Of a DNA stretch of 64,000 nucleotides, positions 29,906-40,377 are shown in pieces. This DNA is from a virus, in IMG/VR virus record IMGVR_UViG_3300025697_000014, positions 1 to 64,000 of that record. One strand, given 5' to 3'. The notes beneath the pieces were generated by a model that was not told where the DNA came from, did no database searches, and saw only the letters and a list, made by a program, of their open reading frames with translations. Numbering within the stretch: position 1 is the stretch's first letter; each line of letters begins with the position of its first letter. The position numbers were made by a program, and so were the translations under genes.

Positions 29906-30512
29906 ATTGTGGTGTCGCCCTTGAGTTGATTATGTCCCAGAACTGCTCAATGTATCTCTTAGAGAGCTGTAGGATAGGTTGCTGCTCTGGGTTACCAGAG
30001 TCAACCCTCGTCCTAAAGTTACCGAGAAGAGCCATCTTACTAGCAAGGTCTTCCAGAGTCCGGCCAGCTGCGTATAGTTTTAAAGCTTCGTAGGCCCAGT
30101 CGGGTACGATAATGTTATCATCGTCATCCGTGACGACATTGTAGTAGGCAACATAGTACACCTCATACTCATCGTCTTCAGGAATGGCTGGGCTAAAGTT
30201 GATGTACCCACTGGGCCATACGTAGTAACCTTCCTCTATGGGGCGGCCCGGGATGAAGTCAACCTTGTTGAGCCAGATATCATCTTCGGTGTCATAGACA
30301 CCGTATATCTTCTCCTCAACCATGTTGCTTGGGACCTCGTGTGATGTAGTTTCGCCATCCCCAGTAATGGTCGACACCGACGATATACCCGTGTGCATCG
30401 ACGCGAATAGTCGAAGGGCATCATTGAAGTTATCCATGATGCTATCGCCATCCTCGGCGGTAGGGTCATTGATCTTGCGACCAATCTGTATTTTTAGTGT
30501 AGACCAAAGCAT
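29871..30512 (-). CDS. head-tail adaptor protein
   Basis: N-terminal helix pair (LKIQIGRKINDP...FNDALR), VPDWAYEALKLYAA; synteny. Confidence 0.55.
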   Translation of the reverse strand: MLWSTLKIQIGRKINDPTAEDGDSIMDNFNDALRLFASMHTGISSVSTITGDGETTSHEVPSNMVEEKIYGVYDTEDDIWLNKVDFIPGRPIEEGYYVWPSGYINFSPAIPEDDEYEVYYVAYYNVVTDDDDNIIVPDWAYEALKLYAAGRTLEDLASKMALLGNFRTRVDSGNPEQQPILQLSKRYIEQFWDIINSRATPQYDKLNSSRTDY

Positions 30513-30515
30513 CAG

Positions 30516-31223
30516 TTATCTCCGTGCTTGATAGTTATGTATCTGTTCTATGTGCTCAAGAAACTCATTGTAGCCAAGTGAAGCTTTTGCATAGTTACAT
30601 TTACTACAACATGGCACAACGTTATCTTTAGTATAGCCATTACTTGGATTTAGTCTATCAAGCCCACTAACAGGGCAAGCTCCACAATAATGACACGACT
30701 GATGTATAAGAAGCGAGAACATGTCTTGCGTAAGACAAAACTGGATGTCGCGGCGCCCTGCGCTTTGAACATACTTCTTAAACACTCTTTCGTCTTCTCT
30801 GATATTCTCAGGGCGTCCATCACAACCAATTCTGCAAACCTTCATTTTGCTACTGGTTAGATTCGCACCTCTGGTAATAACAGTATTACCACAATCGCAG
30901 ATACATTCCCAGTATGAGAAATGCTCTCTCATTTCAACAAAGCGTAAAACAACTAAGTGTCCATAGCGATTTCCGGTAATATCGTTAACTTCATGGTGTT
31001 TGCAACCACATGATTTTGTCACACCCTGTCGCAACGAGTATCCTCTTACAGCAATGTAGTTACCACAACTACACTTACATAACCACCAAGCACATGACTT
31101 ACCTTCTACCGGATAAAGAGCGGTCAACTCTCCATACTGATGACCGCTCTCGTCCGTGGCGTTACAGTGTAGTTTAACTTCTTTTGGAAGATTATGTTCA
31201 TGTAACACCATTGTATTACTCAT
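30516..31223 (-). CDS. free-standing HNH homing endonuclease
   Basis: Two YGxL...W.C.C.CG repeats; CHYCG..GLDR...GYTKDNVVPCCSKCN; visibly more AT-rich than the flanks. Confidence 0.8.
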   Translation of the reverse strand: MSNTMVLHEHNLPKEVKLHCNATDESGHQYGELTALYPVEGKSCAWWLCKCSCGNYIAVRGYSLRQGVTKSCGCKHHEVNDITGNRYGHLVVLRFVEMREHFSYWECICDCGNTVITRGANLTSSKMKVCRIGCDGRPENIREDERVFKKYVQSAGRRDIQFCLTQDMFSLLIHQSCHYCGACPVSGLDRLNPSNGYTKDNVVPCCSKCNYAKASLGYNEFLEHIEQIHNYQARR

Positions 31224-31225
31224 TT

Positions 31226-32647
31226 CTAAAGCGAAAGCACGCTGCCACCACGCCTGGTAGCACCGGTGTAGAAATGAACCTCGAAAGCATCGGGGTCAAC
31301 CATCTGATACTTCAAGTAAGCGTCCCAGCTGAAGCTCCACACAGCCTTGCGAACGTCTGCGGGCTGTAGGATGTGGAACTGCGGAGACTGCATAACACCA
31401 GCAACCACACCAGGGTTACCAATGCCTTTCTTGAAGAAGATACCGGCGTGCACAGGACGGCCCTTGATCAGCCACCCATACATACCTGTACCGAGCGCAG
31501 TCGTGTACTTCTCGTTCAGGATGGGTACACGGATACAAACACGGTTGTTGTCGTAGTCAACGCTGTAAACATCAACGTCGATATTGCGAGAGTCGTCCCA
31601 CACAACACCGTCTTCTGTAGCCATAGCTGCATCAGCGGAAGGTCGTGTACGAACTAGAGTAGCCTTATCGCCAGCCTTGAATCCGGTCTCGGCTGTACCA
31701 GGTGTCGTAATACCGGACAACTGGATGTAGTGAGTGGCGTCGGGACTACCGACGGCCCAGGTCGAGTCAACACGGGTTGTCTCGGGATCGGGGGCACCAT
31801 CACCAACTTCGATAGCTTCGATCACAGATGCGCTAGCGAGAACCTCACCACAGTTCCAGAGAACCATGCGCCAGTTGTGCATCCAAGCAACGTTTTCAAA
31901 CTCAGCGATAACATAGTTGAGCAACGCGGGGTTCTGAACCGCCTTGTTCCAGTCGATGTAGTCGCTGGTATTTGCGAGGCTCTTCACAGCATACGTAGCC
32001 GAAGGGCTAACGATTGCGGGGAAGACACCCTCTGTTCCGATGGTGTAGTCAGATCCAAGCTGTACGGATCTGGCGATCTCGACATTGAAGGTATCAGTAG
32101 ACGCTAGGTCGTGGAAACCAGTTGCGTCGTCTGCGAAGCTGCGGTACTTGGAGTTACTCAAGAACGCGTTTCGAGCCAAGATGTCGAGAGTCTCGGTCAT
32201 TTGCGGACCCAGTCTGTTCTGGATGAAGCCGAACAGATCGGTTTGCTGAATACCCTCGTTGGCGAAGGTAAACGGATCTCGGCGGGCCTTCTCTGCCCAC
32301 TGATAGATATAGGAGTCCCACTTGTGCGCCTGAATCATCGCACCGTAGGACGTAACTTCGATCTGCTGTTCCATCGAATCGAAGTAGACGCGGGGAAGCG
32401 TAATACCACGGAGATCCTGTTCCGCGATATCGGGCATCACCGGCAACTCGGAAGTAATATTGATATACTTCGCGTGAGTTGGCAACATGTTGACCATGTG
32501 AGTAACGATGTTGAACCACATCGAGTTCTTCACATACGCAGCACCCATGTACGGGTCCCACCATTCCCTGTTACGGGAACTTAGATCAACAAACGGCGTT
32601 TCGCTAGCGAGATACTGTTCGCCAGCCGCTGTAAATGTAACGGCCAT
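31226..32647 (-). CDS. major capsid protein
   Basis: 473 aa after portal and scaffold; HK97-like pattern (YG..IQ, ETLDILARNAF, C-terminal QPAD...SW). Confidence 0.75.
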   Translation of the reverse strand: MAVTFTAAGEQYLASETPFVDLSSRNREWWDPYMGAAYVKNSMWFNIVTHMVNMLPTHAKYINITSELPVMPDIAEQDLRGITLPRVYFDSMEQQIEVTSYGAMIQAHKWDSYIYQWAEKARRDPFTFANEGIQQTDLFGFIQNRLGPQMTETLDILARNAFLSNSKYRSFADDATGFHDLASTDTFNVEIARSVQLGSDYTIGTEGVFPAIVSPSATYAVKSLANTSDYIDWNKAVQNPALLNYVIAEFENVAWMHNWRMVLWNCGEVLASASVIEAIEVGDGAPDPETTRVDSTWAVGSPDATHYIQLSGITTPGTAETGFKAGDKATLVRTRPSADAAMATEDGVVWDDSRNIDVDVYSVDYDNNRVCIRVPILNEKYTTALGTGMYGWLIKGRPVHAGIFFKKGIGNPGVVAGVMQSPQFHILQPADVRKAVWSFSWDAYLKYQMVDPDAFEVHFYTGATRRGGSVLSL

Positions 32648-32661
32648 GATTTTCCTCCGGC

Positions 32662-33318
32662 TTAGGTTCTAGCTGAAGCTTCTAGTGCGTCTGCTTGCTG
32701 CATCAAGGCTAGGGCTTCGGTCACTTCCTTTTTGGCCATGTGCTTCTGTGCTTCGGCCCTCAAGGCGTCCGGTGTTTTGGTTGCTCCACTCTCGCCGGGT
32801 GATGTAGGAGGCTTAGCCCCCGACAACATACTGGTTGCGGCATTAGTTGCAATCGTCTGGACTGATCCAGAGATGCTGTCTAGCGCTGCTATAAACGCAT
32901 CATTATCTTCCGCAGAAGGTAGTGAATTGTTGGCTATGAGTGATGCGATCACCGGTGACTCGCCCGCCTTTGCTGCCGCAATCTGCAAACGCGCAAATTC
33001 TTGCCTGGAAGACGATAGCTGTTCGCTAACATCCCCAAGATCCGTCAACTGCTTGTTAAGATCGGTACTAAGGGCATTTGCGGTCGTAAGATCTGTGGTA
33101 AGAGCTTGAGTTTGTGAGGTGAGATCACCTACATTTGCCTCAAGTCCAGATACCTGCTCTTTAAGCTCGCCAATGGTGCGGTCATTGCTGCCCTGTGTTC
33201 CTCGAAGCCGATTGATGGTAACATCACGCTCTGAGATAGTTGCCTCAAGAGCCTTGATGCGTCCGTCGTCGGTGCCAGTAGGGTTTGCTTCTCCCTGTCC
33301 AGCGTCATTTTCACTCAT
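32662..33318 (-). CDS. capsid scaffolding protein
   Basis: Coiled-coil, acidic, between portal and MCP. Confidence 0.6.
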   Translation of the reverse strand: MSENDAGQGEANPTGTDDGRIKALEATISERDVTINRLRGTQGSNDRTIGELKEQVSGLEANVGDLTSQTQALTTDLTTANALSTDLNKQLTDLGDVSEQLSSSRQEFARLQIAAAKAGESPVIASLIANNSLPSAEDNDAFIAALDSISGSVQTIATNAATSMLSGAKPPTSPGESGATKTPDALRAEAQKHMAKKEVTEALALMQQADALEASART

Positions 33319-34853
33319 GTCTTTTGATCTCCTTTGTTACTGCCCATATGATTTGAATCCCTTGATGCAAGCTCTCCAGAGGAACCAGTGCCGCCAAAGG
33401 CGGGACCAGGTTGTCCTTCAATTTCCTGCACCTGTTTCTTCCATGTCTTTATTCTACTCAATTCTGCGGAAACGTCAATGATACCACCTAACATTGTTAT
33501 TGCGGTCTCAGGTGACAGTATATCTGCTTGCACTCTGTTGATAACAGAAGTCACCTCTTCTAGAACATCACGCGGCATCATGGGGTACCAACCTACTCGT
33601 ACCTTGGCATTCTTTGCCATATCAGTTGTGATACCGTACATATCTTTGTCAGCTGCTATGAATAGCATTGTCTTACATATCTTTGCTATAGCAGTTGTGA
33701 ATGCGGAGCGTTCTTCTCCTATGTGTTTGACGAGGGGAATGGCGCGTAGGGCCAGTGACGCTGCGCTACGTTGTGAACCATCGTCGTCACCAAATACTAC
33801 TGGTGGACAGTATGCTTCTGATCGTGCAATGTCTCGTAGGCTATAGACATACTGGCCAGCGCTTTGTGCTGAAGAGCCTCTGTTGGGTGGATAGATTACC
33901 TTTGGTTCTCTGTTACCCTGAGCGAAGCCAAGGTCTATAACGGGCTTCACGCCACTGATACGCTTTACCTCTGCATTACGTACGTTGGTGAGCGCAGGCA
34001 TGTTCGTTGCCTCTTCAGAGACGATGTCTCCTACATCTACCAAGCGGGCGTTGATTTCCTTGGACATCTCCCACTTGTTCTTCAGGAGACTCGTACCATA
34101 GAAGCCGCGCCTGGGTGGATGCGGTATATAGACATAGGGTATCCGGTGAGCAATTGGTGCACCCTCAGCCTTGCTGGCATACCAGGTTACTGTCTTGTTG
34201 TCTACACTGATCCTGTACTTGCCCTCTGTCCAATCTTCTACGTATAGCCCGATATCGCTGTCGATCTCGACTCCTAGATCCCTAGCTTGGATCTTAGAAA
34301 TCCCGTAGGCAACAATGACCTGAAGCATACGATCTAGGTTGTTGTGGCTCCAGACAGGGTTGAAATACTTGGGGTTCACTGTCTGTAGAGCAACGGGAAT
34401 CTGGAAATCAACCGCACGCTCTGGTACATAGAACGCTCCTAGAGTACAACCACCGTAGATCTGACTGTCGAGTGCGGCAACAGACAGCTTGCTGCGACTA
34501 TCGTTCTCTTCCCAGATTGTGCGCAGAAACTGTGTCATCTTGTCAGCGGCGTTCATGGCAACATCGGTAGTGGCCTTAGCACCATTCTTCCATACCTCTA
34601 CAGTAGGATCAACAGAAGATAGCGCTCCATCAGGCACCTCACCAAACAAGAAGGCTGTATGCATCACAGTAGGTAGCTCAAACACGTTATACCCAAGAGG
34701 GTACATCAATGTATCAGAACGTTCTGATACCGTCTCCCTCAACCAACTTCCGCTGAAATGCTCCTCATACTCTCGATAGTATGCCATCTGTCGATCCCAG
34801 TCGATGTATGGATAGCCTTCATTGCTTCCCAACACCTGATTTAATAGTATCAT
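33315..34853 (-). CDS. portal protein
   Basis: 512 aa after TerL; FLFGE, IPYVYIP, SAASLAL, LSPETAI motifs of SPP1-like portals. Confidence 0.75.
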   Translation of the reverse strand: MILLNQVLGSNEGYPYIDWDRQMAYYREYEEHFSGSWLRETVSERSDTLMYPLGYNVFELPTVMHTAFLFGEVPDGALSSVDPTVEVWKNGAKATTDVAMNAADKMTQFLRTIWEENDSRSKLSVAALDSQIYGGCTLGAFYVPERAVDFQIPVALQTVNPKYFNPVWSHNNLDRMLQVIVAYGISKIQARDLGVEIDSDIGLYVEDWTEGKYRISVDNKTVTWYASKAEGAPIAHRIPYVYIPHPPRRGFYGTSLLKNKWEMSKEINARLVDVGDIVSEEATNMPALTNVRNAEVKRISGVKPVIDLGFAQGNREPKVIYPPNRGSSAQSAGQYVYSLRDIARSEAYCPPVVFGDDDGSQRSAASLALRAIPLVKHIGEERSAFTTAIAKICKTMLFIAADKDMYGITTDMAKNAKVRVGWYPMMPRDVLEEVTSVINRVQADILSPETAITMLGGIIDVSAELSRIKTWKKQVQEIEGQPGPAFGGTGSSGELASRDSNHMGSNKGDQKT

Positions 34854-36472
34854 TGTATTGACCTCACTGAAGATCTCCTGTTGTTGATAATGCGTCCCCT
34901 AGACAACCTGCTGACCTCGCGTACCTCACCCTCGTCCAGATCCGTCGTCTCACCTTCAACGAGGGGTAGAGTCTGATTCAGGATATACCCGATTATGAAG
35001 AGACAAGATGCGATGTCCTGGCGAAGCTGCTTGTCTGGCATGTGCCACATAAGTAGCTGGTTCCACACACTGTAGAGAGATTTGGGTATTTGGACAAACC
35101 CGCGCCCCATGAGAACCTTGAGACAGAGTACCATGTGCATCTTGAGTCCACTCATATTGATTGGTGACCATAGACGGTCCTGATTCAAGACCGCAAGATC
35201 ATCAAAGGCCTTCTGGGTACCCGTAGCATCAAAGCCAGCATAGTACGGGTTGTATTCCGTATAAGCAGCTTCCATTGCATTCAGGAATGGCCAGTATGAG
35301 CCATAGCCGTATACCCATTTGAATGATGCGAGAGTTGCGGGTTGCTTGGGGAAGTCGGTAACGTCAAACACCATAACTACCCCGCTATTGCGGTAGGGCG
35401 GGTTGCCCTGGCCAGGATCTCCAGCAAGGATGTAAAGATGTCCTCTCTGTGCTGGTAGTGACCATGTGACGGCCCCGGTGTTGGTAGCAGACTCCAGGAA
35501 GTATCCCGGCATACCAGCTGCGAGTGCGTCATTCATGATGGCATCTAGGCCATCGCTCTGAGACATAACGATCAGATTCTGTGTGAACTCCTTACCCTTC
35601 GGAAGCGGGCGAACGGAGTGCATCAAACGCTGGGCCTCGTCCTTATCCCTAAACCTACGCTTGATATCACGCAAACTCTTCTCAGTCAGGTAAGGATTGT
35701 CATAGGAAGTAAGTAGTAGAGCTAGTCGTTCTGGATCAGCCTCGTAGTCATCATACGTCTCCCACAATACAGGATTGTACGCACTGTTGGCCATAAGGAC
35801 CATCTTACCCAAACGTGCTCTTCCACCGATCTGACCACGCAAACGAGTACCAAGGTTACCCATCACAGTTTCTAGGTCGATGGACTGGTCCTCTGCCTGG
35901 TCAACAACAGCCATGTCACCACTCCAGGTCATGATACCGCTAGCGTCACGGTCAATGGATTTGAACTCCATCGTAGAGCCGTTAACGAACTCTATCATAG
36001 GTTGGGGGCGCATACGAACATTCTTGATCCACTTGGTGATCCTGCGCTCGGCACCGAGATTATTGTCCCAGTCTATTGCGAATTGCAAGAACTCTCTGTA
36101 TGAGAGGTCTGCCTGCCAGGACTTGGGGGCAGTACCGAGATAGCGAAAGTTTGGTAGCATACAGCATAGGTATCCCGCCACAAGAACCATGTTCAATGTT
36201 TTACCACATCCAATCGCGCCAATCATGATGATGTCAGAGTGGCCATCGAATACGATATCACTTGCCCATGGAAGCGGTTGAACAGGAACGAACTGCCCCT
36301 GGAGTAGAGGTGATGGAAACTTATCAGATGCAATACCAATCAGATCGGTACGTGCATCCTTCTCTAGTCCTCCTATAGGAGCGCTCCAGAACTGCCAAAA
36401 GAGATCGATACCACCAGTCTCTCTTGACCGCGAAAGCTCCATAATCTCCAGTTCGATCTCTGATAAAAACAT
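34850..36472 (-). CDS. terL: terminase large subunit
   Basis: Walker A GAIGCGKT, FVNGS..EFKS, nuclease-domain AGDPG, FDATG and QDIA; upstream of portal. Confidence 0.8.
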   Translation of the reverse strand: MFLSEIELEIMELSRSRETGGIDLFWQFWSAPIGGLEKDARTDLIGIASDKFPSPLLQGQFVPVQPLPWASDIVFDGHSDIIMIGAIGCGKTLNMVLVAGYLCCMLPNFRYLGTAPKSWQADLSYREFLQFAIDWDNNLGAERRITKWIKNVRMRPQPMIEFVNGSTMEFKSIDRDASGIMTWSGDMAVVDQAEDQSIDLETVMGNLGTRLRGQIGGRARLGKMVLMANSAYNPVLWETYDDYEADPERLALLLTSYDNPYLTEKSLRDIKRRFRDKDEAQRLMHSVRPLPKGKEFTQNLIVMSQSDGLDAIMNDALAAGMPGYFLESATNTGAVTWSLPAQRGHLYILAGDPGQGNPPYRNSGVVMVFDVTDFPKQPATLASFKWVYGYGSYWPFLNAMEAAYTEYNPYYAGFDATGTQKAFDDLAVLNQDRLWSPINMSGLKMHMVLCLKVLMGRGFVQIPKSLYSVWNQLLMWHMPDKQLRQDIASCLFIIGYILNQTLPLVEGETTDLDEGEVREVSRLSRGRIINNRRSSVRSIQ

Positions 36473-37296
36473 TAGATTATCAACCTCGCTATTTTGCGAT
36501 TCGGGTATAGATGGAACTCGTTAGGCCCAATGCCTTGCGGGTACATACCCCTACGTTCTGGGTAATGACCACGCGAATCTTCCGTAACGCCAGACATATA
36601 GCTTCCCGTTGCAGAATAGAACACTTTTCTGCGAGTGATGCGACCTGTCGCGCTATCCATAAGAATCCGTTCGTCTTGGGCAGCAACTCTTTTATGAGCG
36701 TGCCCTACACAGTAAAAGTCTGCCTCGTAAGCCTTTGGTAACTTCTCCAGCTCAAGTAGAATGGCTGACTTTGATCGTCCACCAGATACGCCGTGATGGA
36801 GATAGAATGTCGGTCTCCATATACACTTACCATTCGACATGAATCTGAGACGAAGGAATCCGCCTGTGCCCAAGCGTCTTTCCTGTGGAATTCCGAGCGT
36901 ATCGTTTAGCTCTCGGTAGATATCACGGGAGAAGTGCTTAGCCATACTGAATTCGTGATTACCCTCGACTGTTGCAAGACATTTGTCTGCAATTCGTCCA
37001 TAGATATCATTATACCGCAAAACCTGATATTTTGCAGGGTCACTCATCATACTGAATGTAAACCACTTAGGAACGGCATTGTGTTCAAACCTTGGGTCTC
37101 CGTAGAGGATAAGCTCGCACATGTCGCCTGTGGTAACCCAGTAACAGTTGTCGTCTTCCGCAACGCGGTCTACGACATCAATCTGTAGTTTCTCATCGAC
37201 AGCGTTGCTTCCTATGTGCTCGTCACCGTTGTGAATGATTGAAACACACTCGTCCATTCTGCGCGAAACCTCAATGGTATGTTCATATGCCCTCAT
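36472..37296 (-). CDS. calcineurin-like metallophosphoesterase
   Basis: GDEHIG, GD, GNHE, HHG, GHAH motifs. Confidence 0.8.
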   Translation of the reverse strand: MRAYEHTIEVSRRMDECVSIIHNGDEHIGSNAVDEKLQIDVVDRVAEDDNCYWVTTGDMCELILYGDPRFEHNAVPKWFTFSMMSDPAKYQVLRYNDIYGRIADKCLATVEGNHEFSMAKHFSRDIYRELNDTLGIPQERRLGTGGFLRLRFMSNGKCIWRPTFYLHHGVSGGRSKSAILLELEKLPKAYEADFYCVGHAHKRVAAQDERILMDSATGRITRRKVFYSATGSYMSGVTEDSRGHYPERRGMYPQGIGPNEFHLYPNRKIARLII

Positions 37297-37736
37297 TTTT
37301 TCTCCTTGTGTATCTCACACTTAGCATCGTACTGAGGAACAATACCAGCGCTTTCTAGCTGCTCCTGTAGCAGAGTAGCTATCTTACGATATTTCTCCGT
37401 AAGGATCTGGGCTGCAAGTAGCTGCTCCTGAAGAATACGAATCTCGATATTCTTAGCCTTGATCCTTCCGTCATAGAGACTGCGTTCTTTCTCCATCTCC
37501 TTTTCCTCTTTCTCAAGGTCATCTATACGCTCTCCAAGACGCAAAATTGTGTTCCACTTCGTGTCATTGACAAAGCGCTTCGTCTCTGCGTCTTGCTGGG
37601 CTATCTTGCCGTTGAGCACCCCAACTTCTGCCTTGCTCTTTCTAGTACCAAGAAGGTACGCGGCTAAACCCGTTCCTAATGCGGTTGCATATGGTCCAAG
37701 TGCGACCACGACTTCAATCAGTGTTGTGTCTGGCAT
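37293..37736 (-). CDS. membrane-anchored coiled-coil protein (possible lysis accessory)
   Basis: N-terminal hydrophobic helix followed by a coiled coil. Confidence 0.45.
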   Translation of the reverse strand: MPDTTLIEVVVALGPYATALGTGLAAYLLGTRKSKAEVGVLNGKIAQQDAETKRFVNDTKWNTILRLGERIDDLEKEEKEMEKERSLYDGRIKAKNIEIRILQEQLLAAQILTEKYRKIATLLQEQLESAGIVPQYDAKCEIHKEKK

Positions 37737-37744
37737 ATTAGCTC

Positions 37745-39295
37745 CTATTGAGCTGGTTTGTACCCAAGAGCTTCCACGAGAGAGGTTATTCCCAACTCGC
37801 TAGCAATCCATGCTTCGTCCATCTGCTGATGATTTCCTTCATCCCAAATCTCGCATGTGCCACCGTCTGGTACCTTCGGATCATTCATGAGGTTGCTCAT
37901 TGTATGACCAAAGCAGTTCCAGTTAGGAGCTTTACCTTGAGCCATCCAGTACTGGCATTTAGGATGCCACTGGTGATAGCCATCGTGTTCCCATAACGTC
38001 TGATCCTTATAGCCGTGTGTCTTCCTTTCATTAGAGACCCAGGGATCGTCCGAGCCGTAGTCTAGGTAGTACGGAAATAGTCCAATCTCTTTCATCCAGA
38101 GCTTGCGGTTAACAGCAACGCTCTGGTTGTTACCAAACGCCTTCTTCTTCTTGCCGGTTACATCACCATGTTCGTAGAAGTTGAGATTGAACCAGCGGTG
38201 TGTGAACGATTCGGGGTCGATGTTGTCCAGCAAGTGTTTGATATTGTGGATGTCATCCTGCCAGCCAATGTTATCGATCTCCATCTGCAGGCCTGCTGTG
38301 AGTCCGTGGCTAGGTATAGTCACAAACACCTTCTTGCGTCCGTCCCGGGCGGCTTTGTAAGCTGCAGCAAGTGCGCCTGGTGGGAGCATAACTTCGGGGG
38401 TACTCCACATGATCACTCTACTGGTGGCGTGTTCTAGGACGTAGTTGATGGAAGCTGTATTACCACGCATGCCCATATCGTGTTGTAGCCTGTGGTACTC
38501 GATATTGAGACGATCCTTGAATGGTTCAAGTGTGCCTTCAACATCATCCTCAGACATATCGTCAATAACCATGAGTTTCCAGTTCTGCAGGGTCTGGTTA
38601 CACAGCGTCTCTAGCGTGCGCTTCATCAGATGCGATGTGTTCCATACCATCAGGGCTAGTGTGAACTCTGAGTTGTCTGCGGGCTTTTCTGTGTGATGTC
38701 TGAGTTCTGGCTCAACGGCCTTAACGGCTTCTGGGACAGACTCAACATTGATGAAATCGGCAATACGAGCTACCTGCTCATCTGAGTTCTCGACAAGCTC
38801 ATCAAAGTCGATTGTCATTACGGGCCATTCTTGAGGAATGACTGACAGAGTGTGTTTAAGCGCGTCTTGATAGCGTTTCACAACTATCTTAGCGTTGTTC
38901 TCGCCGTTCACATCTGGTAGAACGTTTAGGGACTCTACAATACAATCGAACGGTCTTTTGGTAACAATCACCCTGACATCTGTGGATTGAAGATATGGAA
39001 GCATTGCTGGAAGCGTGAAGCATAATCGTGGGTCTTTCATACCCCACAAACCGTGTTTTCGCCTCTCTGCTACGAAGTCTGCACACCGCTTTTCAAGACC
39101 TGCTGTGGTAGTCAATTGTGGATCTTTCCAGTTACCACCGATGAGAGCCTCATTAAGGTGATACAGGGTAGCTTCTTCGTAGTTGTCTGGATGTAGGCTT
39201 TCGCCAACGAAAACACCAAGCTCTTGTAGGATATGAGTAACTACACTAGTTCCAGTACGTCCAACTCCAAGTACAATAATACTACGGTCATTCAT
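37745..39295 (-). CDS. sulfotransferase-glycosyltransferase (GT2) fusion
   Basis: N-terminal LGVGRTGTS and WGMKDPR (sulfotransferase-like); C-terminal TLETLCNQT..VIDDMSED (GT-A). Confidence 0.75.
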   Translation of the reverse strand: MNDRSIIVLGVGRTGTSVVTHILQELGVFVGESLHPDNYEEATLYHLNEALIGGNWKDPQLTTTAGLEKRCADFVAERRKHGLWGMKDPRLCFTLPAMLPYLQSTDVRVIVTKRPFDCIVESLNVLPDVNGENNAKIVVKRYQDALKHTLSVIPQEWPVMTIDFDELVENSDEQVARIADFINVESVPEAVKAVEPELRHHTEKPADNSEFTLALMVWNTSHLMKRTLETLCNQTLQNWKLMVIDDMSEDDVEGTLEPFKDRLNIEYHRLQHDMGMRGNTASINYVLEHATSRVIMWSTPEVMLPPGALAAAYKAARDGRKKVFVTIPSHGLTAGLQMEIDNIGWQDDIHNIKHLLDNIDPESFTHRWFNLNFYEHGDVTGKKKKAFGNNQSVAVNRKLWMKEIGLFPYYLDYGSDDPWVSNERKTHGYKDQTLWEHDGYHQWHPKCQYWMAQGKAPNWNCFGHTMSNLMNDPKVPDGGTCEIWDEGNHQQMDEAWIASELGITSLVEALGYKPAQ

Positions 39296-40377
39296 ACAAG
39301 CTCCTCTAGACTTTCTGTAAATGTATCTATAACGGTATCAAACAACTCCGGGTTTCTGTAAAGATCGTAGAACATAGGCATGCTGATGAGTCTCTGCCAT
39401 ACTTCTTCAGCAACGGGTGTTTCACCATCAAACATACTATAGTGGTTCAGTGGTTTGTAGTGTACACCAGCGCTGACTCCTTTGTCTAGCATCTTGGTAA
39501 CCAGCTCGTTCCTTATATGTGCTGGTACCCTGATTGGATACAAGTGCCATGTGTGTTGTCTGTGGTTGGGTGGGAGTAGAAGGTCTAGATATCCACGCAG
39601 TGCTAAGTCGTATTCCTTTGCTATACAACGACGGGCTGCGTTTAATCCACCTAGACGATGGAATTGAGCTAGGCCAATTGCTGCTTGTATATCGTTCCAG
39701 TGATACTTGAACCCGACTTCTTCTATATCATAGTCCCACCCATATCGATCCTGCGAGCGTTCCCAGGTGGACTTGTTGATCCCGCACCACCTTAACGCAC
39801 GCATACGTTCTGCATAGTGGCGGTTATTGGTGAGAACTGCTCCACCGTCACCTGTAGCTAGATTCTTGACTGGGTGGAACGAGAGACAGATCATGTCTCC
39901 ATATCCAGGTGTTCCGCCGCAGGAATGTGCTGCATCCTGGATAACTGGTATACCTAGATCCCTACGGCCAGCTGGGTAGCCAGCGTAGTCAACTGCTATG
40001 ATAGCCTTAGTGCGCGGTGTAATCTTTGCTTCTGCGCAGTCCCAGTCTATACAGAGAGTCTTGGGATCGATGTCTGCAAGTACTGGCGTAGCCCCCACAT
40101 AGATAGGAGCCAGACCCGTGCTCACAAATGTTAGCGGAGGAACGATCACCTCGTCTCCTGGTCCGACGTCTAGTACTAACATAGATAGGTGTAAAGCGGC
40201 TGTACCGCTATTCGTAGTAACGCAATAGCGATAACCGTATAACTCGGCCATCTCTTTCTCGAATTGCTCAACAACCTTCCCAGTACCCCACCATCCAGAT
40301 TTCAAGACGCTAACTACAGCGTTTATCTCGGCCTGGGTACAACTGGGTTGTAACAAAGGAATTACGTTGCTAGGCAT
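39292..40377 (-). CDS. DegT/DnrJ/EryC1/StrS PLP-dependent sugar aminotransferase
   Basis: NSGTAALHL, DAAH, SFHPVKNLATGDGG motifs. Confidence 0.92.
   Translation of the reverse strand: MPSNVIPLLQPSCTQAEINAVVSVLKSGWWGTGKVVEQFEKEMAELYGYRYCVTTNSGTAALHLSMLVLDVGPGDEVIVPPLTFVSTGLAPIYVGATPVLADIDPKTLCIDWDCAEAKITPRTKAIIAVDYAGYPAGRRDLGIPVIQDAAHSCGGTPGYGDMICLSFHPVKNLATGDGGAVLTNNRHYAERMRALRWCGINKSTWERSQDRYGWDYDIEEVGFKYHWNDIQAAIGLAQFHRLGGLNAARRCIAKEYDLALRGYLDLLLPPNHRQHTWHLYPIRVPAHIRNELVTKMLDKGVSAGVHYKPLNHYSMFDGETPVAEEVWQRLISMPMFYDLYRNPELFDTVIDTFTESLEELV

Noticed and set aside
30516-32647. Group I intron in the capsid gene carrying the HNH
   Set aside because: The capsid ORF appears complete and the HNH gene abuts its neighbours, leaving no room for intron core structure.
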